A DNA stretch of 50,163 nucleotides from the NCBI GenBank assembly GCA_009859145.1, contig VRVR01000030.1, forward strand, positions 255,069-305,231, written 5' to 3'. Positions 32,983 through 41,544 of the stretch are shown piece after piece. A program made the translations under genes and the position numbers. Origin of the DNA: Andalucia godoyi And28 (taxonomy: Eukaryota > Protista > Jakobida). Position 1 is the first letter of the stretch, and every line of letters begins with the position of its first letter. The notes below the pieces were generated by a model that was given only the letters and a program-made list of their open reading frames with translations, was not told the origin of the DNA and searched no databases.

Positions 32983-33387
32983 GCTACCGTCTCGGCTCTG
33001 CCGCTACTACCGTTTTTGTTGCAACCACTGATCTTGTTACTCGACTCCCCCTGCGCACGGCACTAAGCAGGAATAAAAAAGATAAATAAAAAATGTATAA
33101 AAAACATGAAGAAGAATTTAAAAAAAAATTAATAATATATAAATGAAAAGAAAAAGACGGGAAACAAATAGAGATAACACAATAGATGAAAAGAAAAAGC
33201 GGCGTCGATCCGCGAGTTGCGAATGTCGGAGGTTTGTCGGGTCTTTTTCTAAAAGGTGGTTTTGAAAAGTGCTGAGCAAAGCTTGAAGGAGACTGGTGGT
33301 GTGGATGTTGATGGTGGTGCATCTGCGAGATTGAGAGTTGTCTGTTGCTGAAAGACTCCTTATTTTCTTTTCTTTATTTTCTTCGGA

Positions 33388-33946
33388 ATGTCGGACAGTT
33401 GCATCTTTTGCAGGATTGTCAGAGGCGAAATTCCTTCGTACAAGGTGTACGAAGACGAACATGTGCTGGGGATCCTCGATGCCTTTCCAGCCGCTGATGG
33501 CCACACACTTGTGATTCCCAAGAAGCACGCTGCGCAGTTGTGGGACGCGTCGCATGAGGACTTGTCAAAGTGTATGGGCATTCTGCAGATTGTTGGAGAA
33601 AAGATCACGCAACTTCCCGGAGTCACAGGAATCAATCTGGTATGGCTTTCTTTTTGTCCCTCTTCTTCTTCTTCTTCTTTATATCTACATTATATATTTT
33701 ATTTAAAAACATAATTTAATCGAGTGTTGTTTTCCGACGAGTTTTCGGTCGTTTTTCTTTCTTTCCTGATCTGAGCATCAGCTGCAAAATAATGGAAAGT
33801 CCGCAGGTCAGGATGTTCATCACGTCCATTTTCACTTGATTCCGCGCCACGACGACGACGACCTGTGCCGCCTTCCAAAGTCTGGTCCGATGATCGAGTC
33901 GACGAAAGCCCAGTCTCTGCTAGCGTCGCTGAAAGTAGTCCTGTAA
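33388..33946 (+). CDS. HIT family nucleotide hydrolase (Hint-like), two exons 33388-33639 and 33782-33946
   Basis: CIFCRIVRGEIP, GHTLVIPKKH; exon 2 (not in the ORF track) gives LQNNGKSAGQDVHHVHFHLIPR. Confidence 0.95.
33640..33781 (+). other. Spliceosomal intron (142 nt)
   Basis: GTATGG donor, CAG acceptor; joins GINL to LQNNG. Confidence 0.93.
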
Positions 33947-34002
33947 TGAATTAAACGACGACTCGCATTTCTGTGTGTTTTTTTTTTTTGTGTTTTATGT
34001 GC

Positions 34003-35165
34003 TTAGTTTGAATCTGCCACGGGCCCTAACGTGCAATACAGGTAATGAAGGGCCATCAAACTGGCTGCATGCTCACCGGTCTTCACAGACGGATAGTTCT
34101 TGATGGTTGTGAACTCTCTGCGTGTGAAGATCGGGTCATCCGGAAGCAAAACGGAAATTTGGAACTCGTGTCCAAACTGCTGTCTCTCAAACTTGGGCCC
34201 GCCCTTCTTCAATGACTGCAAATATTCGAGAAGCATGGACTTTGGCATGCGCGTCGTGTCTTTCCACGTATCCTGGTCGAATGTCGCAGGCAAACTTTCG
34301 TGGAGACTCATTTCCTCGAGCGCTGCCTCGGTTTCCAACAGCGTGTCATCCAGTTCGAACTCGTCCAAGTTTGCTTCTTCAAGCTGCTGCTCTTCATCCC
34401 ACTCTGGGTGCGCATCCTTCTCATATACATCCACACCAGCATCATCGTCGACAAACATTGCTGCATTCGTTGCAAACAGCTCGCGACCGGTCAGTCCCTT
34501 CTTCTTCGGGCCGCCTTCCTTGTCCTTCGCTCTTTGCTCTGCCGCTCTCTTCAAGTCGTTCTCTGCCTTCCACTTGAAGAACAGCTCCTCTGTCAGCACC
34601 GTCTGATTTCCATCGACAAGCTTGGATCTCTCTTCGTCCACGACTTCCTCCAGCGTCTTTACTTCCTCCTCCGAGTCGTCCGAGGCCTCGGAGCCGCTTT
34701 CGTCTGCATCGCTGTCTTCTGCTGCAGCTTCCGCTCTTCTCTTCTCAGCTTCCTCGCGTGCAAGCCGATCCTTTTCAGTCTCTGCAGGACGGAAAAGACG
34801 CAACAGCTCCTCTTGGCGAGCCTTGTCCTGCTCGCGCTTCAACCGCCGAGCCTCGTTTGGATCCACAGTCTTGCGACCCCCACCTCCATGAATCTGCGTT
34901 CTAACAGTACTTACAAATTTCTGAACCTTTTTTGACTTGCTCTTGTTTTTCAATCCAAAACTGATATTCAAAAAGGAAGGACAAATTAAAAACATTAAAA
35001 AAATGGGTTAGTACGTGTAATTTGTGCCATCGCAGGGAAGAGTTGCCGATTTGCGAAACCGTGTGTGTACTACTATCCATAATAACGCCAGCAAAAAGAC
35101 AATGATGCATACGTCAATTCCTCGACCTTCTTTTCTTTTCTCTGCTTTTCCGCTTTCGGTGGCAT
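34003..35165 (-). CDS. ZC3H15: ZC3H15/Tma46 (DFRP1)-like protein lacking CCCH fingers, with a C-terminal dsRBD-like domain; exons 35165-35113 and 34960-34003
   Basis: Spliced N-terminus MPPKAEKQRKEKKVEELTFGLKNKSKSKKVQKFV; DFRP motifs LTEELFFKWK, LTGRELF, FVDDD. Confidence 0.85.
34961..35112 (-). other. Spliceosomal intron (152 nt) with a TACTAAC branch point at 35013-35007
   Basis: GTATGC donor, CAG acceptor; restores the conserved TFGLKNK. Confidence 0.93.
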
Positions 35166-35493
35166 GTTTCTATGCAGCTGCAGGCTTCTTCTTTGTCTGA
35201 TGGACAAACCCCCCGAGTGTTTAAAAGAAAAATAAAAAAAACAAAAAAAAACGAATTATAAAAAAAATCCAAAAAACAAAAAGAATCTGAAAAATGGAAA
35301 AAGCGCGACGAGAGGAAGCAAAGACCAACCTGAGAAAACCAGAAGCCTGTTATTTTAAGTCTCAAGTCCGAGGCATCAAGTTCTATTGGAAACCGCACGA
35401 CTTTTGCTCGCGAGTGTTTTTTCTTCTCACTTATTTTTGGAATCATTTATTTTCATGATCTGTTGAGAACGGGCGAGTTCCAGGTCGAATCAC

Positions 35494-35656
<163 letters not shown>

Positions 35657-35670
35657 GGGGAATAAAGAGG

Positions 35671-36120
35671 ATGTTTTCAACACGGATTTCAAGGATCGTG
35701 CGTCCGATGTTTGCTAGTGCTCGGAATTTTTCAGAGGGAGGAGGACACCCAGATTTTGCGAAGCGGTTTAAAGCACCTGCTGCGTCTGAGAAGGAGATCC
35801 ATGATCGAATTGCACGGGATGTGAAAGCGGCGGACATTGTGCTGTACATGAAGGGCACTCCTGAGGCACCGCAGTGTGGTTTTTCACAAGCGGTTGTCAA
35901 GGTTCTGAAAGCAGAAGGCGTTCCTTTCAAGGCACACAACGTTCTTGCAGACGATGCACTTCGCCAGCATCTGAAGACTTTCACCGATTGGCCCACGATT
36001 CCTCAAATCTTCATTAAAGGAGAGTTCGTTGGAGGATGTGATATTCTTGTTGGAATGTACCAGGCTGGAGATCTTCACAAGACTTTGCTTGAAAAGGGCA
36101 TCAAGAAGGACAAGTCTTGA
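35671..36120 (+). CDS. GLRX5: Monothiol glutaredoxin Grx5, probably mitochondrial
   Basis: [32 protein letters not shown]; Arg/Ser-rich presequence [20 protein letters not shown]. Confidence 0.96.
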   Translation: MFSTRISRIVRPMFASARNFSEGGGHPDFAKRFKAPAASEKEIHDRIARDVKAADIVLYMKGTPEAPQCGFSQAVVKVLKAEGVPFKAHNVLADDALRQHLKTFTDWPTIPQIFIKGEFVGGCDILVGMYQAGDLHKTLLEKGIKKDKS

Positions 36121-36328
36121 AGAATGTTGGGCATTCAGACCCTTTACAAGAGTAGTAAAATAGAATTTTAAAAAATAAAATAAAAAACCACCACCACCAC
36201 CACCACAACAACAACAACAACAAAAAAAACAACTAAAAAACTAAAAACAAACTGATACGTCACAACGATCAGTTATTCGTCTTCTTCTTTTGATTACTAT
36301 TTGAATTACAAATTTAATAGTTTAAATA

Positions 36329-37555
36329 CTACAGGACTTCGGACGCACGACCCCAGTATCGGTTGATAAACGGAGTCTTCCATTGCTCAATCTCCGGATT
36401 CTTGTTCTCGGGATACCATTTGGAGACCTTCATGGTCTCATACGCGTCTTTCTGGGCAGATGAAAACGCATCGTAGCGGGCCTTGATCTTTTCCGCATCC
36501 TTTGCATTTGCCTCCTTCTTGGATTTCACAGCGGCCTTGATCGCATTCTTGATGCGATCGATCTCAGCAGCATCGGTAATTCCAGAGTCGTCGCAAATCT
36601 CCTGTGCACGATCTGCGATTGTGTCCATTTCCCAGTCGTGGTCAAACAACAGCGGCGGATTGTCTTCGCGCTCCACCTGCACTTGTACAGAAGTTTCCTG
36701 TCCGCTTGACGCCTCCTCAATGTCCTTCTTTCGGAGAATGTACGGAAGCGCATATGTAAACTCATTGCGACGCTCGATCGGCATCTTTTTGATCATCTCC
36801 TTTCGAGCTCCACATCGAAGTGCGTGGATGACGGTCGACTCGACTCGGCGCCACGATAGCTTCAGCCTTGAAAATGGAACCATGATTTCCTCAACCAGCT
36901 GCACAGACTTGAGAGAGATGAGTTCGGGCGGTGCTACCTTCGACTCGACGACGACAATCGCAGGAATCAAAACAACCTGGTCCTGACCGTCAACCTTGCA
37001 GAACTGTGGTTCTGTGACCCCAAACATGTAGATCTTGTGTCCCTCCGGAGTGCCATTCTCTCGCTCGGAAAGATACTTCCACAGGTGCTCGAATGTCCAG
37101 TCGTGATCAAAAATCCTTGCGTAGTTTTCCCATTCTGTTCCGCAAAAGTATACGTCCTTCCATTCCGTCCACGACTCTTCCACGCTTTCATCCGAAACTT
37201 CAAAGTACACCTTCTTGGCTTTTGGCGGACGCGGTTTCTTTGTTTTCGGCGCAGCCACCACAGCTTCCGTCTCCACAGGAGGGGGAGCAGCAGCACGTTT
37301 CCGCGTCGCTTGCGCCTTGGGCTCCGCTGCCGTCGCCTTTTTTTCCAACTTGTCGGCCTTGGGTTTGCCTGCTGTGGGCTTGTTGGCCTCAGACTTGACA
37401 CCATTGGATGGAGCAGAAGGTTTCGCAGGCATCGCCGGCTTGGAGGAAGTACGGGTTTTTCGAGGTGCGAACTGCTTCGAGCGAAGAGCTGCAGTCTCTG
37501 GAGAGGCCAGCGGGGCATCCACTGTGTCGTGCATCGAATGATCTTTGGAAGACAT
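36329..37555 (-). CDS. HIT4: HEAT INTOLERANT 4 (HIT4)-like nuclear protein; start placed at MSSKDHSM
   Basis: GTEW, IYMFGVTEPQ, IPAIVVVES, EFTYALPY, DWEMD, KWYP and the terminal PFINRYWGRASEVL resemble Arabidopsis HIT4 as I recall it. Confidence 0.8.
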   Translation of the reverse strand: MSSKDHSMHDTVDAPLASPETAALRSKQFAPRKTRTSSKPAMPAKPSAPSNGVKSEANKPTAGKPKADKLEKKATAAEPKAQATRKRAAAPPPVETEAVVAAPKTKKPRPPKAKKVYFEVSDESVEESWTEWKDVYFCGTEWENYARIFDHDWTFEHLWKYLSERENGTPEGHKIYMFGVTEPQFCKVDGQDQVVLIPAIVVVESKVAPPELISLKSVQLVEEIMVPFSRLKLSWRRVESTVIHALRCGARKEMIKKMPIERRNEFTYALPYILRKKDIEEASSGQETSVQVQVEREDNPPLLFDHDWEMDTIADRAQEICDDSGITDAAEIDRIKNAIKAAVKSKKEANAKDAEKIKARYDAFSSAQKDAYETMKVSKWYPENKNPEIEQWKTPFINRYWGRASEVL

Positions 37556-37731
37556 GTTGTTATGAAGATTCGCTTTGTCGTACAACCGAGTACACACACA
37601 TGCACACACACACACACAAAATGAGAAACGAAACTCAATGATGTTTTCTCTGAGACTCGCTTCTTTGCGCAGACAGAGAGCTTCTGAAGAGGGTTTAATC
37701 CCCTCTTCTTTCTCTCTCTCTCTTGGAATCA

Positions 37732-37745
37732 GCATCACGTGATGC
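37732..37745. promoter_or_regulatory. 14-bp palindrome GCATCACGTGATGC (E-box core), copy 1
   Basis: Seen directly; about 177 nt upstream of the HIT4-like ATG. Confidence 0.55.
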
Positions 37746-38170
37746 AATGAAAACAGCTCTCGTCGGGAAAAAACCAAGCGACTTCCATTTCCGATCAGCG
37801 GACGTTTGAGCAATGGCAATTCTATTTCAAAATGAACACCAAACAAAACAAAACAAAACAAAACAAAACAAAAAGAGAAAAAAAAAGAAAAGAGGCAATA
37901 ATCAATTATCCTTTCCTTTATCTCAACCGAGTCGTATGGTGAACGGATTGTACATGGTGTAGTTTACTCGTCTTCTTTGTTATTTGATTGTCGAAAAAGA
38001 AAAAAAAAAAAAAGAAAAAACAGGCAAGGAAGAAGAAGAAGGACTAAAAGCGGAGCTCTGTTTCTTGGGAGACTTTCGCAAAGCTTGTTCGTTTGCGAAT
38101 CACGCAGGTTTTTTTCTACCCCCCAGTTGTTTTGCGGAGATCTAGGCTGCTCTTGGGTTTTTCTCTTTCA

Positions 38171-38545
38171 ATGCAATCGTCGGATTACTCGCCATTGCGG
38201 TTTCAACCGAAAGAAGATCGAGCTGGGTATTCGCTGCCAACACTGATTCTCTGTCGTGCCAACAGCCCGTCTGTGGGGTCTCTGAAAGAGCAGTTCCTCC
38301 CGCTGTGTGCAGAAGTCACAGTTCCATTTACCCTGCAGGGATTATTGACGTCTTCCTCAGCTGCGTTTGATCTGCTTTCCGATTCATGGATCTCCCATTT
38401 TTCTCTCAATTCTGCAGCCGCATCGCAACTTTCCAGTGTCGGTGACGTGTCGGCAGGCTCTGTTGTCTTCTTGCATTTCAAACACGCAATCAATGACGAT
38501 GCGTGGTCCGAAACTGACTGTTTGCTCTTCAAGGATGCAAATTGA
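38171..38545 (+). CDS. Hypothetical protein (124 aa)
   Basis: ATG after a T-rich leader, coding-like composition, fills the gap between two genes; no motif recognised. Confidence 0.45.
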   Translation: MQSSDYSPLRFQPKEDRAGYSLPTLILCRANSPSVGSLKEQFLPLCAEVTVPFTLQGLLTSSSAAFDLLSDSWISHFSLNSAAASQLSSVGDVSAGSVVFLHFKHAINDDAWSETDCLLFKDAN

Positions 38546-38627
38546 CGTCACCACCGTGTGAGTATTGCGAATGCTTATAATTTATAGTGTTTTTTGTTGA
38601 TTGCGAGTGTGTTTTTTCTCCTCTTTT

Positions 38628-39320
38628 CTAGGACTGATCTCCGTGCTCCTCGTCTGCGTCGTCATAGAGCCCGTCCTCGTCCTCGGCGTTGCTGTTGTTT
38701 TCATCATCATCATCATCATCACCATCATCGTCGTCGTCGTCGTCATCACCGTCGTCCATGCCTTCAAAGTCTTGGTTTTCATCGTCTTCGTCAATGTCGG
38801 GATTCATCTCGACGCATTTCGAAAATGTGTCGTACATGGAATCGCACAGTGTCGCCGCATTGCGGTCTTTTGCGTCTGCCGGTACAATCTGGAACTGCAA
38901 GCTTTCGGCAGCCTCGTCGATCTTGCCGTCTACAGCCTCATCGTCTGTCCTTGGACCGTCAATCTGGAGGTAGATACAGGATCGTTTGGTGTGGCCGACA
39001 GCATGCATCGCGACTGCAGACCATGCAATACGGAACCCAAGCGACTCGGAGCGCTTGGTCAAAAAATATAACGACCGGGACGTGACGTGCAGATCGCCTT
39101 CTCCAAGAAGTTCATATTGATCCAGTGGATCACCCTCACCTTCTGCCTCTGCCTCCACCTCTCTTTCACCTTCTGCCTGTGTGTCCTGTTCCGAGTGAAG
39201 CAGCTCGCGATAGAGTAAAACATGAGGTATGTATCGAATCGTCTCTTCATCATCGATGGGAAACACAGTGGGGACCATCCGTGATCCGTCCGGAGACGCT
39301 CGCCATCCAACTTGATCCAT
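38628..39320 (-). CDS. CLNS1A: Methylosome subunit pICln (Voldacs/PH-like domain); start placed at MDQVGW
   Basis: GEGDLHVTSRSLYF, GFRIAWSAVAMHAV, CIYLQID, MYDTFSKCVEMNPD, acidic tail. Confidence 0.85.
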   Translation of the reverse strand: MDQVGWRASPDGSRMVPTVFPIDDEETIRYIPHVLLYRELLHSEQDTQAEGEREVEAEAEGEGDPLDQYELLGEGDLHVTSRSLYFLTKRSESLGFRIAWSAVAMHAVGHTKRSCIYLQIDGPRTDDEAVDGKIDEAAESLQFQIVPADAKDRNAATLCDSMYDTFSKCVEMNPDIDEDDENQDFEGMDDGDDDDDDDDGDDDDDDENNSNAEDEDGLYDDADEEHGDQS

Positions 39321-39373
39321 TCCTGAACTATGTGATGCGATATGTGATGCGCCTATGTCTGTAAGCAGGTAGT

Positions 39374-39375
<2 letters not shown>

Positions 39376-39425
<50 letters not shown>
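39376..39425. repeat. (TG)n microsatellite upstream of pICln
   Basis: Directly visible. Confidence 0.92.
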
Positions 39426-39434
<9 letters not shown>

Positions 39435-39907
39435 GCGGATGTTGCTCTCTCCGTTTGCACGATCCCACAGGACCAATGCAGCTCTGGACCGTGGTTCGGG
39501 CTCCAGCATCAAGTGCTGCAAGAAAGCAAGGCACAACAAAACACTCAACGATCTCGGCACCGGGCAAACAGCCTGCTCGTCCTTCTCATATTTTTTTCTC
39601 TATTGGTCTTGTTGGTCTTGTAGGTCTTCTTCTTTTGTAGGTCTTATTGGTCATCAGATTTCACAAGAAATCGAGAAACACAGAGTCGTGCTGAAAGCAG
39701 CCAGAATATTTTGTGTTTCAACGGTTGATTGGGTTTTCTTGGGTGTTTGTTTGTTGAGGGTTTTTCTTCTTCTTCTTTCCATTTTCAAAATTTCCATTTT
39801 TAATTGTAATCATTTTGGGCAGCTGTCTCGCATATCACCGCCCAAAGCATTGCAACTCTGCAAAGCCATAATAGTTGTAACAAAATTCTTGTTGTTCTCC
39901 TCCTTTC

Positions 39908-41314
39908 ATGACACGACGACCACCGTTATTTGTGGTTTTGAACTCGTCATGCACCGATTCAAAAGGTGTTTGTTTCAGTGTCCCGTCAGCGCAGGAGAGG
40001 GTTCTGACGACAGAGTCGGTTGATTCTTCGTTCGAGTCGTCTGATAGTAAGACTCGAAGGAAGAACGGAATTGCTGTGCGTGCATCTGGTCCGTCGATCG
40101 GCGTCGTTCCTCAGGAAACGAGGTTTGACCAGGTGCACATCGGACCCGATTGCAGCGTGCTGTATGATGGTCTTCTGGGAGAATGCGCCGTGGTCCCATT
40201 CATGGGCAGCAGGTCGTCAGTCCACTTTTTTTCAAGCTCTTATTCCTCTGCCTACGGCAAAGACACGTTTTTTCGACTGGCTAATTTATGTGCTCATGAC
40301 TTTGCAGAAGCCCGCGAATCTGGCGCAGTGAAAGAGTTTAGAATACGTGCAAGGCTGGGGGTGTACGGAGCCATACAGAATCTGGTGGCTTTGCCGGAGC
40401 CGTGCGATGACTTTTTATGTGACGATCAATCGTCTTCTGACACGACTATGGAAATCATCGAGAAGTCGTTTGATGTTGTCAGTGATCCGGCGCGCGCACC
40501 ACATGCCATCCTGCTCCTTAGTTTTTTATGTTTTGTGGATGCGGAAGAAGAGCCTACTGGCGCGCGATGGCGATCCACGACGTTTGTGTTGCTGAAACCG
40601 ACGACTGCCGTTACCGAAGAAAGGCATCGGCAGCATAATCTATCTGTCGATCGACTGATTTCAGCTCTGCATAGGCTCTCGGGATCGGACAGCGCTACGA
40701 AGATTTCTTGGAGAGAACAGGCAGTTTTGAGAGAATTGCAGCCGGTGCTTGCAGCCCCATCGTCGATTGTCTTGTACATTGCATGTCTGGATCCTGGTGT
40801 GGATTCTGATGACTCTCTGAAGAAGAATTTGAGTACAATTAGAGATCTCGTTTCGCACCGCACCGATCGTCTGTCCTCGACTCGGACGCTCTCGAATTCC
40901 GAGGATGCCGAAACTCCTTCCACATCCCGCTCTGTTGACTCGATTGCGAGGACCACACCAGCCGCGTCTGCTATAACCCGCCTCCAAGAGAAGCTGCTTG
41001 CCGAAAAGGCAAGTTCCAGGAGGCTGCATCGATCTTACGCAAGCCAAAATCGCTTTCCGTCAAATCTGAGCAACGGTGGTGGCTCAAATTCTAGTTTCCC
41101 TTCGACTCCGCGAAGTGTTGGTGTGTCGTCCAACGGTTTCACGACGGCTTCCACGACGATTCCTGACATTGTTGTGAAGGGTCACGTATTTGAAACGCTC
41201 GCCCAGCGCGTGGTCGTCTGCGCCGAGCATTCTAATGTAGGACCTACGAAGACTCCACGTTTCTTTTCGTTTCGGGAGTCCGCTGGTTTCCTTGTTGACG
41301 GGTCTCGAAGATGA
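39908..41314 (+). CDS. Highly divergent kinesin-motor-like protein with degenerate nucleotide motifs
   Basis: RFDQVH (FxFDxVF), RAPHAILLL (SRSHAI), NLSVDRLISAL (alpha4), ISWREQAVLRELQPVL..LYIACLDP (PYRDSKLTRLLQxSL..MIAC.SP). Confidence 0.65.
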   Translation: MTRRPPLFVVLNSSCTDSKGVCFSVPSAQERVLTTESVDSSFESSDSKTRRKNGIAVRASGPSIGVVPQETRFDQVHIGPDCSVLYDGLLGECAVVPFMGSRSSVHFFSSSYSSAYGKDTFFRLANLCAHDFAEARESGAVKEFRIRARLGVYGAIQNLVALPEPCDDFLCDDQSSSDTTMEIIEKSFDVVSDPARAPHAILLLSFLCFVDAEEEPTGARWRSTTFVLLKPTTAVTEERHRQHNLSVDRLISALHRLSGSDSATKISWREQAVLRELQPVLAAPSSIVLYIACLDPGVDSDDSLKKNLSTIRDLVSHRTDRLSSTRTLSNSEDAETPSTSRSVDSIARTTPAASAITRLQEKLLAEKASSRRLHRSYASQNRFPSNLSNGGGSNSSFPSTPRSVGVSSNGFTTASTTIPDIVVKGHVFETLAQRVVVCAEHSNVGPTKTPRFFSFRESAGFLVDGSRR

Positions 41315-41544
41315 GCGCATTTTTATATTTTTTCCTTTCCATTTTTCTTCTTTTGCATCTTTCCTTTTCCAATGATATATTTGGCTATTTCCTCATGTTT
41401 TTCCCTCTCACTCCACCGCGAACTTCGATCATTGGCTATTTTCTCTGAATATGAGAATTTACTTTACACAACAACTACTGCGGTAGTTCATATGTCAATC
41501 ACATTTCCCCGCCTATGTCCTGTACACAACCGAAAGAAAGGAGC

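Noticed and set aside
38543-38550. TGACGTCA (CRE) site
   Set aside because: It overlaps a stop codon at a 3'-3' junction, and one 8-mer hit is expected by chance in 50 kb
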